From positions 1-64,000 of the IMG/VR virus record IMGVR_UViG_3300028591_000184: 64,000 nucleotides of DNA; one strand, 5' to 3'. The translations under genes and the position numbers were made by a program. The notes beneath the pieces are model-generated. The model was not told the DNA's origin and made no database searches. It saw only the letters and a program-made list of their open reading frames with translations. Below are positions 37,449 to 47,621 of the stretch, piece after piece. Positions within the stretch are counted from its first letter, which is position 1, and the number at the start of each line of letters is the position of its first letter. The stretch comes from a virus (lineage: Duplodnaviria; Caudoviricetes).

Positions 37449-39092
37449 ATGAGAAAGTTTTCTGGATTATTTTCAAAGGACGGAGAGCCTATCTTGACGC
37501 AAGAATACGCTCAGTCGTTGAGAGATGGCGATGATAGATACAATATCCTCGCTCAGACTGGAGGACAGGAAGATTGTCTTGCATGTCCGGCTCAGTTTAT
37601 TCTATACGGCGGGAAAAGAGGGGCTGGAAAAACGTATATCTTGCTTGATGCCGCCATAGAAGATATTCAGAACAAAAACTACAGGGCATGTATACTCCGT
37701 AACGAAAAACCCGACCTGACCGACATGATTGAAGTGTCGTATGAGTTATATGGCCAGTATGGTGACTACAACCGCTCGCAGAACGATATGACATGGAATT
37801 TCAATAGCGGGGCAAAGCTGAAATTCAACTACTACGAAGGTGACTTCGAATCCTTCAAAAAGAGGTTTCAGGGAAAACAGTACGCTTATATAGGTCTCGA
37901 CGAAATAACGCATTGTCCATACAAAAAATTCAAATACCTCCTTACCGACAACCGTAATGCATACGGCATACGGACTCACTTCATAGGAACCTGCAACCCT
38001 GACCCTGACTCATGGGTGGCCACATTTCTGTTTAATGGTGGATGGCTCGATGAGGAAACGGGCTTCCCAATACCAGAGATGAACGGTGTTATCAGATACT
38101 GTTACATGCCGGGTAACGACGTGAACGAAATTGTCTGGGGGGACACACGCGAAGATGTGTTCGAGGCTTGCAAAGAGGATATTATGAAGCACTGGCGGTC
38201 AGAGTTCGCACAGTACGGCTCACCGCAAGACTTGTTCATATTCTCCGCCGCTTTCGTGGAAGGTAAACTTGAAGACAACAAGAAACTGATGAAGTCTGAC
38301 CCGACGTATCTTGCACGACTGGCCAACCAAGACGAGGAACAACAGAGTAGAGACCTCGATGGTAACTGGAAATTCCGCTCGGCGGGCGACGACCTCATAA
38401 AAATGGATGATATGCTTGCTTTCTACGCTAACGCATACCAAAACAGCGGGATAACGCAAGAAACTGACACCACACTATACGCTACAGCGGACGTTGCACT
38501 GCAAGGAGGCGATAATTTCGTCATGTGGCTGTGGCAGGGATGGCACATCAAAGATGTATACGTCGGAAGGTTCGACTCTAAAACACTTGTCGATGTCGTT
38601 AAGGCAAAGCTCGTTGAGTGGGGTGTGGAGGAGGAAAACTTCGCATACGACTTTCAGGGTATCGGACAGATACTCGAAGGACACTTCCCTGATGCCGTCA
38701 AATTCATCAACCAGGCAGCACCGATAGCAGAAGACAGAAAACAGGAGGATGGAATAAAGAAATTATATAAAGACCTAAAAAGCCAGTGCGCCGTGCTGAC
38801 ATACAAAATGTTCCGCGACCAAGAGTTGTCTATCGACAAACACATACTCGACCGTACGTTTGACGGACATGGCTACGGTAAGACAAAACTGAGGGACATC
38901 CTTATGAAGGAGCGCAAGTGCATACGTCGCACGAAAGAATCAGAAGGAAAGGCGTTTCAGATTATATCAAAGTCTGACATGAAGAAGATAATTGGACACT
39001 CGCCTGACTTCTTTGAGTCCATCATATTCAGACAGATATTCAGACTGAGAAGAAAAAAACATAAGAGAGCAACCGGCACATGGTGTATCTAA
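37449..39092 (+). CDS. terL: terminase large subunit
   Basis: Walker A GGKRGAGKT, Walker B IGLDE, GTCNP, nuclease ADVALQGGD...SPDFFES; likely start ATG 37449. Confidence 0.93.
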   Translation: MRKFSGLFSKDGEPILTQEYAQSLRDGDDRYNILAQTGGQEDCLACPAQFILYGGKRGAGKTYILLDAAIEDIQNKNYRACILRNEKPDLTDMIEVSYELYGQYGDYNRSQNDMTWNFNSGAKLKFNYYEGDFESFKKRFQGKQYAYIGLDEITHCPYKKFKYLLTDNRNAYGIRTHFIGTCNPDPDSWVATFLFNGGWLDEETGFPIPEMNGVIRYCYMPGNDVNEIVWGDTREDVFEACKEDIMKHWRSEFAQYGSPQDLFIFSAAFVEGKLEDNKKLMKSDPTYLARLANQDEEQQSRDLDGNWKFRSAGDDLIKMDDMLAFYANAYQNSGITQETDTTLYATADVALQGGDNFVMWLWQGWHIKDVYVGRFDSKTLVDVVKAKLVEWGVEEENFAYDFQGIGQILEGHFPDAVKFINQAAPIAEDRKQEDGIKKLYKDLKSQCAVLTYKMFRDQELSIDKHILDRTFDGHGYGKTKLRDILMKERKCIRRTKESEGKAFQIISKSDMKKIIGHSPDFFESIIFRQIFRLRRKKHKRATGTWCI

Positions 39093-39107
39093 TAAAAAAC
39101 AGCATAT

Positions 39108-40790
39108 ATGGATAACAACATTCTCAACTACAAAGAAATTCTCGTTCGTGAGCCTTTTTATGAAATACTCCCAAGTGGATATAAGGCACACCGTACCGTC
39201 AGAAGGGGGCAAAAGGTGTTAGAACCTAACGACAAACCTACTATGAGAATACTGACACAGGCGGATTTCCTGCGCATGTACTATCCGACGGGTCACGCCA
39301 TCAATGACCCTACACTCTATCCTGACATAGTAAAGTATGACAAGGAAACGAAGAAATATTACGTCCAGCCTATCATGCGCACAGCATTTGCTTTTCAGAA
39401 AATCATAGCTACAAAGCAAATCGTGCACATCGTTGGTAATGACGTTCAGTTTGAGCTATCAGGAAAAGTCGAAAGTGAACTCAAAGAGAAGCAAAAGCAA
39501 CTCGACCTCATCACATTCAGACAGGGATGGCTCGACATGGACATGGAGTACCATTTCTACGAAGCAGTACGCTCTATCAAAATCGTTGGCGATACCGCTG
39601 TGGTGGGATATTTCGACGAGAACGGAATGGCGCGTGCGCGTACATTGTCTTATCTCAACGGAGATACACTGTACCCGCACTATAAGGTTGACTCCGACGA
39701 AATGGAGCTTTTCGCTCGTAAATACTACGACATCGACGAAAACGGAAAGTACACCACAGAATATGTCGAGGTGTGGGACAACAAGTACCTTTATCGTGCA
39801 AGAAAAGGGATGAAGGTCAACGCAGCCACAAAGATTATTCAGCGCATCAAAGAGGTGTTCGGTATCTCTGGCTACGAAATATATGAAATAAAAGAGCACG
39901 GCTTCGACTTCTGTCCCGTCGCATACTACAGAGACGAAGAAGGTGCGTGTTTCTTGCCTTCTCAGGCCACCATCGAGACTTACGAAGAAGCGTTCTCATA
40001 CTTCTGTGAAAACAACAGAGCTTACGCATTCCCAATCATGTGGTCTAAAGGTGACGGCGTTCACTTTAATGCGGATGAACTGACGGGAGCCGTAAAGTAT
40101 ATAGAGATTGAAGATCCAGACGGAGAAGCTGGGTTTATGAATAAACCAGACGTATCGGTAGCCTTCAACACACAGCTGAAAATCCTGTATGACATGATTT
40201 ACGAGCAGTCATTCGGTGTGAAGCCGCCTGAACTGAAGTCGGGTGACCTGCCCGGTGTAGCTGTAAAACTGCTGTTCTCACCGGCCATCGAACTGGCTAT
40301 ACATGACTCTCAGAAGCTTCAACCATTCCTCAACCAGCTCATACATATCGTCAAGTATGCCTATGGCTTCCAAGAGAATTGTCAGGCATCTCTACTGACA
40401 CTCAATATCAACGCATGGATAGAGCCATACATACATCAGAACCTCTCGGAACTCATGCAAAACCTCGCCGTCGGGGTTCAGAACGAATTTATCAGTAAAC
40501 AGACTGCTTCTGAACGTGCATCCGTATATGCCAAAAATGATGAGATTGAACGTATACTGAAAGAAGACCTCGACAAACGTAAGCTCGACTCGGAATTTGA
40601 ACTCGCACAAATGCGGCAGCAGACAGAGAATGAAATCAAGAAAATCAAAGCTCAGGCCGGTCTTAGCGGAAACGACATCAATACAGGCTACGGGACAAAA
40701 AGAGGCAGACCAAACAGAACTGGTGAACAGTGGGATGAGTCTGGAAACTACCCTGGACGCAACGGATGGCGAAAGGGAGAAGAACATTAA
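39108..40790 (+). CDS. portal protein
   Basis: 560 aa directly after terL; SPP1-like layout. Confidence 0.85.
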   Translation: MDNNILNYKEILVREPFYEILPSGYKAHRTVRRGQKVLEPNDKPTMRILTQADFLRMYYPTGHAINDPTLYPDIVKYDKETKKYYVQPIMRTAFAFQKIIATKQIVHIVGNDVQFELSGKVESELKEKQKQLDLITFRQGWLDMDMEYHFYEAVRSIKIVGDTAVVGYFDENGMARARTLSYLNGDTLYPHYKVDSDEMELFARKYYDIDENGKYTTEYVEVWDNKYLYRARKGMKVNAATKIIQRIKEVFGISGYEIYEIKEHGFDFCPVAYYRDEEGACFLPSQATIETYEEAFSYFCENNRAYAFPIMWSKGDGVHFNADELTGAVKYIEIEDPDGEAGFMNKPDVSVAFNTQLKILYDMIYEQSFGVKPPELKSGDLPGVAVKLLFSPAIELAIHDSQKLQPFLNQLIHIVKYAYGFQENCQASLLTLNINAWIEPYIHQNLSELMQNLAVGVQNEFISKQTASERASVYAKNDEIERILKEDLDKRKLDSEFELAQMRQQTENEIKKIKAQAGLSGNDINTGYGTKRGRPNRTGEQWDESGNYPGRNGWRKGEEH

Positions 40791-40799
40791 AGCATTACT

Positions 40800-41354
40800 A
40801 TGGATATAACAGTATCACCAAAGACAAGTAAGCTTGCACGGCAATACAGGTTAAAACCCCAGTGCCTCGCTTTTGCTGACCTCGTGGCCGTAGGGTGGGA
40901 ACCGGAAGATGCTTGGGCCGCCGCTGTGCGAGAGGGCGTAACATGGACAAAGACAGCACGAAACAAAGCTATCTCTGACCTCGTAAATTCAGAATATGTG
41001 CAGGACAGGATAAATGATGTTAGAGCGGTTCTGAGGAAAAATCAGGTAGAAGCCGTAAGGAATGCTACGAATAAAGAGAAAAAGGACATCGTCAGCGAGG
41101 CTATGTCGAAAGAAAATATGCTCTATGACCTACAGACAGCCTTGACGAATATGTCTATCGGCTCAAAAGAATGGCTCGATACGAAGAAGATGATTATCGA
41201 CGTGACACGGATGAAGCAGGACGAAGTGAAGGATGATGCAAAAACTATCCACCACTTTCTTCCGATACACTATCCAACGGGATGCCAAGACTGTCTGTTC
41301 TGTAAATGCGATACTTGTAAGTATAAAAAGTCATACAAAGAGAGCGAGGACTAA
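40800..41354 (+). CDS. probable terminase small subunit
   Basis: AFADLVA.G....DAW...A helix-turn-helix-like N-terminus, helical oligomer region, Cys-rich tail; unusual position after the portal. Confidence 0.5.
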   Translation: MDITVSPKTSKLARQYRLKPQCLAFADLVAVGWEPEDAWAAAVREGVTWTKTARNKAISDLVNSEYVQDRINDVRAVLRKNQVEAVRNATNKEKKDIVSEAMSKENMLYDLQTALTNMSIGSKEWLDTKKMIIDVTRMKQDEVKDDAKTIHHFLPIHYPTGCQDCLFCKCDTCKYKKSYKESED

Positions 41355-41584
41355 TCCCCGCTCTTTTCTTTGAAATGCTTCTTGCACGCAAGCTGGCTTA
41401 GCAAAACACTACGGCTCTGTGTCCAATACGGACACCTGCCAAGCGTAGGCTTCCTGCCGTGCACTGTCAGCGTAGGAAAGTCCGTTACCTCGATGACATT
41501 CGCACAATCTCGACAGTGGAACACTACTGCCGGAGTAGATACAATCCTACCGACAAATTTCCTGCTTCCTGCCATATTGAGCAA
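41351..41584 (-). CDS. small Zn-finger-like protein
   Basis: CRDC...CPY...C. Confidence 0.55.
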   Translation of the reverse strand: MLNMAGSRKFVGRIVSTPAVVFHCRDCANVIEVTDFPTLTVHGRKPTLGRCPYWTQSRSVLLSQLACKKHFKEKSGD

Positions 41585-42038
41585 TCAACAAAGAGTCACA
41601 GGTCTGCAGGGTGACTCTCTTTCCTAACGATGAGAACAGACGCTGCGCGACGGCTTTCAGTTTGTTTTTATGCTCTCGCTTCTCTGCAGCACTCGACTTG
41701 GTGATACTCGACGAGCCTACACCATATACTTTCTGCCATTTCTGTGGTGTCACATACTCCGTGGGTATCTCAAAGGCAAGAAGACACATTTCAAGCCATC
41801 CGCAGCCCTTGCCGAAATTGAAGGCGGAAGAGGCACCTTGACCAGGAATGCCACCAACTTTCTCTATGTAGCAAACGAGTCTGTCGTCAGGGTTGACAAC
41901 ATAGTTCTTAAACTCACGAATGGTTAGAAGAACATCCATTGCCGTCTCTGGCATGTTGACAACACTAATTGGGCCTTTTTCGCTGATGACAGCCATACCG
42001 CCCTTCTTTCCGGGGTCTATACCAAGAATATATTTCAT
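41547..42038 (-). CDS. RuvC-like Holliday junction resolvase
   Basis: ILGIDPG, IEKV, SAFNFG, VTPQKWQK, DSLLIA. Confidence 0.85.
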   Translation of the reverse strand: MKYILGIDPGKKGGMAVISEKGPISVVNMPETAMDVLLTIREFKNYVVNPDDRLVCYIEKVGGIPGQGASSAFNFGKGCGWLEMCLLAFEIPTEYVTPQKWQKVYGVGSSSITKSSAAEKREHKNKLKAVAQRLFSSLGKRVTLQTCDSLLIAQYGRKQEICR

Positions 42039-42235
42039 GTTCCTTGCCCTCTTAATTTGTTAATGGCTTCTGCTATCTTACTAAGGTGGTCCGTTATCAG
42101 TGTGTCATTGAGAACAGGGACAAAGTTCGGCAAGTCACTACCGTTTTCCAAGGCACACGCAAGAGAGTCTATGAAATGCGTGATATTCGCATAATCCTCG
42201 ATAATATCGAGAAATCTATTGCCTGCATCCATCAC
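42035..42235 (-). CDS. hypothetical protein
   Basis: 66 aa, coupled overlaps. Confidence 0.55.
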   Translation of the reverse strand: MMDAGNRFLDIIEDYANITHFIDSLACALENGSDLPNFVPVLNDTLITDHLSKIAEAINKLRGQGT

Positions 42236-42651
42236 TCACCTCCCTTCTTTTCACTCAAACCCTTACGCTCCATGAGCGCACGCAAGGCTTCACTCTTGGC
42301 TTTCCAATATTCATTGTCACCCATGACGGTGGTGTCGGTATACATCATCGTGAACATGTTACGGAGGGCATTTGCCCCTACCTCACCTCTACTCCACTCA
42401 GCCTCGATAAAAGCATACATCGTACTGCCGATGACGAAACTAAGACTCCATCCACCGCCGACAGTGTTGACTACCATATATGGCAGGACACCACGACTGA
42501 GGTGTTTGTGCACGTCAAACGGGACATCCGTCATGTTGCGAATGGTGTTCATTTCTTTCTTGCTAAGACTCTTGGCAATCTTGTAGTACTCAAAATTTCC
42601 TACTTTCTCCTTCTTTCCGAAGGGCATCTCTCTTCTCTCTTCCATAGTCAT
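42232..42651 (-). CDS. hypothetical protein
   Basis: 139 aa, coupled overlaps. Confidence 0.7.
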   Translation of the reverse strand: MTMEERREMPFGKKEKVGNFEYYKIAKSLSKKEMNTIRNMTDVPFDVHKHLSRGVLPYMVVNTVGGGWSLSFVIGSTMYAFIEAEWSRGEVGANALRNMFTMMYTDTTVMGDNEYWKAKSEALRALMERKGLSEKKGGE

Positions 42652-43109
42652 TGTTTTTGATGTTTATATAACTTAATTGTACTCCATTCGTCGTAATTCG
42701 CAATACCACGACTCTTGTCGTAATAGCTGACAAAGACACGGGCACCATCCTCAGCCGCAATATCCACATTGCTTCTGTGGCGCATATAGACCGTTGCGGC
42801 AACAAATCCACTGAAGACGATAAGACCACTGCAGTCACCAAGAAAAACGTAATAGCCGTTCTTGCCTTTGATGTCTACTTTCTCGTCAAGGTAAATATTA
42901 TGCCGGTGCAGGTCTTCCTTGCGAATATTCTTACGGATAAAATCAAGCGTAGGCCAGTCTTTATCAACAGAAAAGTCAAAACCTTTGATGAAACGCTCTA
43001 TACACATATCAATGGTGTCGTCATCAGACCAAGCGTTATACCATTCGTCGCAGAGACCGACACTGCGGGCCATCTCGCGTAGCGCGATATTCAATTCCTT
43101 ATCTGTCAT
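42648..43109 (-). CDS. hypothetical phage protein
   Basis: 153 aa; GLCDEW...F.KG.DF motif. Confidence 0.75.
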   Translation of the reverse strand: MTDKELNIALREMARSVGLCDEWYNAWSDDDTIDMCIERFIKGFDFSVDKDWPTLDFIRKNIRKEDLHRHNIYLDEKVDIKGKNGYYVFLGDCSGLIVFSGFVAATVYMRHRSNVDIAAEDGARVFVSYYDKSRGIANYDEWSTIKLYKHQKQ

Positions 43110-43121
43110 ATTTTGAACTTA

Positions 43122-43415
43122 TTATATCTTCCTACTTAATTTCATATTTATATTCACAACAATCCTAAATTCCACAAGTCTTCCGTTCACGGATGTTTTG
43201 AACACGCCCTCGACAAGATAGCCGTCTTTATCAAGAAACGATTGAACAAAACACTTTCTGAAAGCACTCATACAAGGACTCGGCTCAACCATTACCAAAG
43301 AGTTAGGATGGTCATTCACAAACTTAGCAAGACCAGCCTCTGTTAATGGTGATAAATCCTCTATAACTGTTTCCGAGCCTTCCCAAAACCTTGAAGTAAC
43401 ATAAAACGTAATCAT
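43122..43415 (-). CDS. hypothetical protein, AT-rich
   Basis: 97-aa ORF with composition distinct from its neighbours. Confidence 0.5.
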   Translation of the reverse strand: MITFYVTSRFWEGSETVIEDLSPLTEAGLAKFVNDHPNSLVMVEPSPCMSAFRKCFVQSFLDKDGYLVEGVFKTSVNGRLVEFRIVVNINMKLSRKI

Positions 43416-43488
43416 ATTCTTACTGTATTTAATATTGCAAGTACTTCGCCAAAAATATATACATACTCTGCACCATCAGGGTATTGTT

Positions 43489-45021
43489 TTAATCGTCTTC
43501 CATTATAAACGTATCTCTCTCGGTGGCATCCTCCACAGGCAAGTCGGCATCAGCAATAATAAACGGACGCTTCAAAGCCTCGGCGACACAGCCATATACC
43601 TGATAGTAGATACCATCTATCCTTCGCTCCTTATAGAAGCCATGACCGTTCGCACGGCCAAGAGTCTGACCTATCTTCTGTATCGTCGGAAGGTCGGCGT
43701 TGTTGTCACGGCAGAAATTCTCGATGCTCTCCACCATGTCGCTGAACTTTATCCATGTGCATATCTCGTTGCGCTGGCGGGCCTCCCAACGAAGACCATA
43801 GGAGTTAATCCATGCCACAACAGGGTTGATACCAAGCTGTGAGAGCAAAATCTGACGGCGGTTGCCTTCTGAGTCGGGGAAGATAAACTTACGACGCTTC
43901 AGTTCCTTCGCACCTCGAACTATCCAGTTGAAGATGCCAGGGTACTCAGAGACAAGCTCTCGTGACAGATTTGGGTTCTGCTTCTCCTTCGGGATGACAT
44001 ACTCAAAACTGATAAACTGAAGGCGACGGATGAAACCAAGGCTCTGGTCGTCGGAATACGGAAGCTCATTGAGGTTGAAGATGAGAAATGGAATATTATA
44101 GTTCTCCTTCACGTTCTCACCAAGCTTGCGGACGGTAACACTCTCACCGCTGACGATACGCTTGAAGACACCAGTACGCTTGCGACCAAACGAACGCTGG
44201 TCAGAGTCAGAAGACCAGTTGAAAAGGGCATCACGCAACAGAAGGCGTGCACGCATACCTTCGTCACCGGACGCCGTGAGGTCGTCATAGTCAAGGCCGC
44301 TGATGCGCTCTTTACCGAAGATGCCAACGGCGGTATCATAAATGGTACTCTTGCCATTGGCACCACTGCCGATGAGTATCAGACATAGTTCTATCTTCGC
44401 TGCTGCCTTTCCTTCATAGGCGTTATACACAGAACCACGCTCCATAAGGCCAAGACCGAGAAACATTTGTAGTATGAGGCGTGAGTTGCGGTCAGGGAGT
44501 ACCTCGTGAAGGAAGTTCTTCCACTTGTTACACTTCGCAGTCTCGTTATACTCATACGGATGATAATAGGTGACATGCCACTCGGGGCTGAACGGGTAGA
44601 AGCGGTAGTCTTTGAGGTCAAGAACGCCATTGAGGAAGGCGACAAGGTCTGGACGTGGGTTCAACAGATTGAAGTAACGGATGATGTTCACAAAATACTT
44701 CATACAGATAGAACGGTTGCCAATCATCGGGACTATACGCAGATGCTCAAGCAAAAGGTCGTATGCCATCACTATCAACTCTTCCTTAACAATGACATAT
44801 ATCCTGCCGTCAAACATATAAAAGTCGTTGTTGTAATACTTCACAGGGACAAGTTTCGCCATGCGGCGTATCGTCTCAATGAAGCCAAGAAAGTTGTTCT
44901 GATACTTCGCACCAAGCTTCGGCCCCCAGCCACCACGGTAGTCCTCAAAATTGATGTCTGATGTCGAACAGATACTCAGCATCTCCGCATATAACTTATC
45001 TATAACGGTACTATCTCTCAT
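43489..45021 (-). CDS. D5/P4-type SF3 helicase (primase-helicase C-terminal part)
   Basis: D5_N-like AFLNGVLDL, Walker A GSGANGKST, FNLNELP, RRL; no obvious primase domain. Confidence 0.85.
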   Translation of the reverse strand: MRDSTVIDKLYAEMLSICSTSDINFEDYRGGWGPKLGAKYQNNFLGFIETIRRMAKLVPVKYYNNDFYMFDGRIYVIVKEELIVMAYDLLLEHLRIVPMIGNRSICMKYFVNIIRYFNLLNPRPDLVAFLNGVLDLKDYRFYPFSPEWHVTYYHPYEYNETAKCNKWKNFLHEVLPDRNSRLILQMFLGLGLMERGSVYNAYEGKAAAKIELCLILIGSGANGKSTIYDTAVGIFGKERISGLDYDDLTASGDEGMRARLLLRDALFNWSSDSDQRSFGRKRTGVFKRIVSGESVTVRKLGENVKENYNIPFLIFNLNELPYSDDQSLGFIRRLQFISFEYVIPKEKQNPNLSRELVSEYPGIFNWIVRGAKELKRRKFIFPDSEGNRRQILLSQLGINPVVAWINSYGLRWEARQRNEICTWIKFSDMVESIENFCRDNNADLPTIQKIGQTLGRANGHGFYKERRIDGIYYQVYGCVAEALKRPFIIADADLPVEDATERDTFIMEDD

Positions 45022-45560
45022 TTCGCTGTCTTGAATTGTTTAAAATCATCGTATGTTACATTGAATAAGCCGACCTCACTCGGCATACCAAGAAGAAACT
45101 CAAGGAAGATATTCGTCTTCCTCGGATTATCACCAATACGGTCGTCAACCAACAAGCAGAGGTGATACCACCAGTCTGAGTCCGCACACGCATCCTCGGC
45201 CTCGTCTTTCAACTCGTAGATGGGAAGAGCAGACTTCGCCGCCCACTTCTTCGCCGCAACGATATGACTCATCATCTGTTTGAAGTTATACTTGTCAGTC
45301 TGACCGAAAGACACACCGAAAGGACGTAACTCCGACTCGGCATCCATCAACAGAGAGTTCGCAACATCGGCGAAGACAAATGCCATGTTATTGAGAACCA
45401 TACTACGCTGAACACGCCGACGAAGACGCTCTCGCGACTGACCACACTTCTCTACCATGTGATAACGGTCTATCATCTGGTCGATGTCCGCATCACGCTT
45501 CGCTATAATCTCTTCCTTCGTCATATCACTTCGCTCCTGTGTGACCATAACCGCCACCAC
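45018..45560 (-). CDS. hypothetical protein
   Basis: 180-aa ORF coupled to the helicase gene. Confidence 0.7.
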   Translation of the reverse strand: MVAVMVTQERSDMTKEEIIAKRDADIDQMIDRYHMVEKCGQSRERLRRRVQRSMVLNNMAFVFADVANSLLMDAESELRPFGVSFGQTDKYNFKQMMSHIVAAKKWAAKSALPIYELKDEAEDACADSDWWYHLCLLVDDRIGDNPRKTNIFLEFLLGMPSEVGLFNVTYDDFKQFKTAK

Positions 45561-46017
45561 GGTCTTTCGTCATATCCAACTCATCTACACATACCATCTC
45601 TACGTCAGGGACGTCAACAATCTGCATCTGTGCAATACGAGTACCTTTCTCAATGTAACAGTGTGCAACAGGGTTCATCTTGTGAACCTTGAGAATGACA
45701 CCGACACTATCACGATAGTCTTCGTCAACAAGGCCGCGAATGACATCAGCATCGAGAAGTGTACGGCTCTCATAGTCACCAATCCTATAGATGGCGTCTA
45801 TGCCACGACAAGAGAAACCACTGCGAGGCTGTATCGTCGCAGCCTTGCCATGAGGAAGCTCCAACTGGAACTTCATGTCGATAACCTGACGACCTACATG
45901 AAGCTCCACATCTTCCGGCACATACAAATCATACGCCGCAGCATACTCAGAACCCTTCGTGGGTATGATGCCACCATTCAACTTAATCTTTACCTGTTCC
46001 ATGTTATATATTTCCAA
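45526..46017 (-). CDS. dut: dUTPase (trimeric)
   Basis: AAAYDL, PRSG, GLVDEDYRD, RIAQM, RGGGYGHTG. Confidence 0.92.
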   Translation of the reverse strand: MEIYNMEQVKIKLNGGIIPTKGSEYAAAYDLYVPEDVELHVGRQVIDMKFQLELPHGKAATIQPRSGFSCRGIDAIYRIGDYESRTLLDADVIRGLVDEDYRDSVGVILKVHKMNPVAHCYIEKGTRIAQMQIVDVPDVEMVCVDELDMTKDRGGGYGHTGAK

Positions 46018-46312
46018 AAATCTTCATGTGAGAATACGCAAAGTCTATAGCCTCGCCCAGCTCCTTCGGGTTCGGCATCCTGTATATCGCAGGCACATTC
46101 CTATCCCTTCTGTACCTGTTCGCCTGCAACAAGACCGCCATGTGGTGACGCTTCTCTTCCTTAGACACATATTCATCGGTGGTACACAAATCAGAGCAGT
46201 GCATACAACCGCCAATAGGTTTGTCCTGATGCGGACAGATACCCCACCCGTCGGTGTCCTCATACCCGAACCAACAGCAACAACCACAGCATTTCTCTTT
46301 ATCTTGTTTCAT
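46004..46312 (-). CDS. Cys-rich hypothetical protein
   Basis: CCGCCCWFGYED...C...C; start ATG 46312. Confidence 0.65.
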   Translation of the reverse strand: MKQDKEKCCGCCCWFGYEDTDGWGICPHQDKPIGGCMHCSDLCTTDEYVSKEEKRHHMAVLLQANRYRRDRNVPAIYRMPNPKELGEAIDFAYSHMKIFGNI

Positions 46313-46722
46313 ACGTCGAAAACTTTTGGGATGACCTTGACAGGGAAAGTGTTGTCTTGCACACAATCTGGAGCCCAGTTGAAGTCAAGAACATTGCTTT
46401 TCCCTTGGAATTTCTCGTCTTGGCTGTGGAGTTCGGGCGCAATCAGTTTCATGATGCCCTTGTAGTAGCCAAGGCTGTCGGCTTCGTCGCAGTTCTCATC
46501 GAAACGCTCCATACAGATAGAGAACACGCTGCCCCATCCTGTTGGGTCGTTGACTATGACGGTTATCACGTTCTTTGCATCACTGATGAATGGCGAGACG
46601 CCTGTGTAAAACTTCTTCTTGTAGTGGCTGTAGCCCCACGGGAACAGGATGCTCAGGATTTCTTTCAGTCGCTCCTCTGGTATGAGGTCGATTTGCTCTT
46701 GTTTCTCTTCTTCTTTTGCCAT
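46309..46722 (-). CDS. hypothetical protein
   Basis: Start ATG 46722 (MAKEEEK). Confidence 0.65.
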   Translation of the reverse strand: MAKEEEKQEQIDLIPEERLKEILSILFPWGYSHYKKKFYTGVSPFISDAKNVITVIVNDPTGWGSVFSICMERFDENCDEADSLGYYKGIMKLIAPELHSQDEKFQGKSNVLDFNWAPDCVQDNTFPVKVIPKVFDV

Positions 46723-46761
46723 ATTTCTTTCAATTTTCACACGATACACTATTAATAATAA

Positions 46762-47013
46762 TTATCTTATAGGAACAACATTCGGAGAAAAATCCTCCAA
46801 CGCCGCAATAAAACTCTCCTTCGTCTTATATACCTTCTTGTCTATACGCCAATGCCTGTAACTCCTGCCACTACTGCCATCACTACGCAACTTGACATGG
46901 TCACAAAAACCTAAACGACCACCACAAGAAGCATATGACGTCATATGCTCGTCACGCAAAGACAAGTGACCAATCAGACGAAACTCTAAACTGTTGAACT
47001 CACTAAATGTCAT
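46762..47013 (-). CDS. hypothetical protein
   Basis: 83 aa. Confidence 0.6.
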   Translation of the reverse strand: MTFSEFNSLEFRLIGHLSLRDEHMTSYASCGGRLGFCDHVKLRSDGSSGRSYRHWRIDKKVYKTKESFIAALEDFSPNVVPIR

Positions 47014-47300
47014 ACCTCACCATGATAACCTAATAACCAAACACGAAAATCCATCACCTTACCAGACTTAAAACACCAGTCACGCCAAGACTTATACTCA
47101 GCGTAACTCACACTATGCTCAACACAGTAAATCAAATCTGACATCCCTAAGATTACTATACCAAAGTAATCCCATGTACCACCTACCTCGTCTATCCAAC
47201 TACCAAGAGATTTATCCAAATCCCATAAACTACACAATAAACCTACCCACTCATCACAAACTTTGTCATAACGAATGCGTAAATCCTCCGAAGATGACAT
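47010..47300 (-). CDS. hypothetical Trp-rich protein
   Basis: W..EVGG...F...IL.M.D...CVE motif; first gene of the leftward operon. Confidence 0.6.
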   Translation of the reverse strand: MSSSEDLRIRYDKVCDEWVGLLCSLWDLDKSLGSWIDEVGGTWDYFGIVILGMSDLIYCVEHSVSYAEYKSWRDWCFKSGKVMDFRVWLLGYHGEV

Positions 47301-47331
47301 AATTAACAAATTATGCGAAAATAATGTGCAA

Positions 47332-47621
47332 ATGAAGGACTATGAAGAACCTATGAAGGATTTTATGAAGGATTTTTTTGCGATAAAACACTGAAAATCA
47401 ATGAAATAAACAACGCACAACACAAAATGTACGCTCAAAACCCCACCTAAAGATTTTCAACTAACCCCGGTACACATTATTTATCTGTCAGAACCCAATG
47501 CAAATTTACAAAAAAATCATGTAAATCGTTCATAAAACAACCAAAAATCCTTTATTTATTATACTTTTTTAATAACTGAACCTTCATAAAAATATTTTTA
47601 AACATTCATAAACATGAAGGA
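47332..47621. repeat. ATGAAG(G/A)A direct and inverted repeats
   Basis: ATGAAGGA/ATGAAGAA at 47332, 47342, 47353, 47365 and 47614; inverted TTCAT copies near 47529, 47583 and 47605. Confidence 0.65.
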
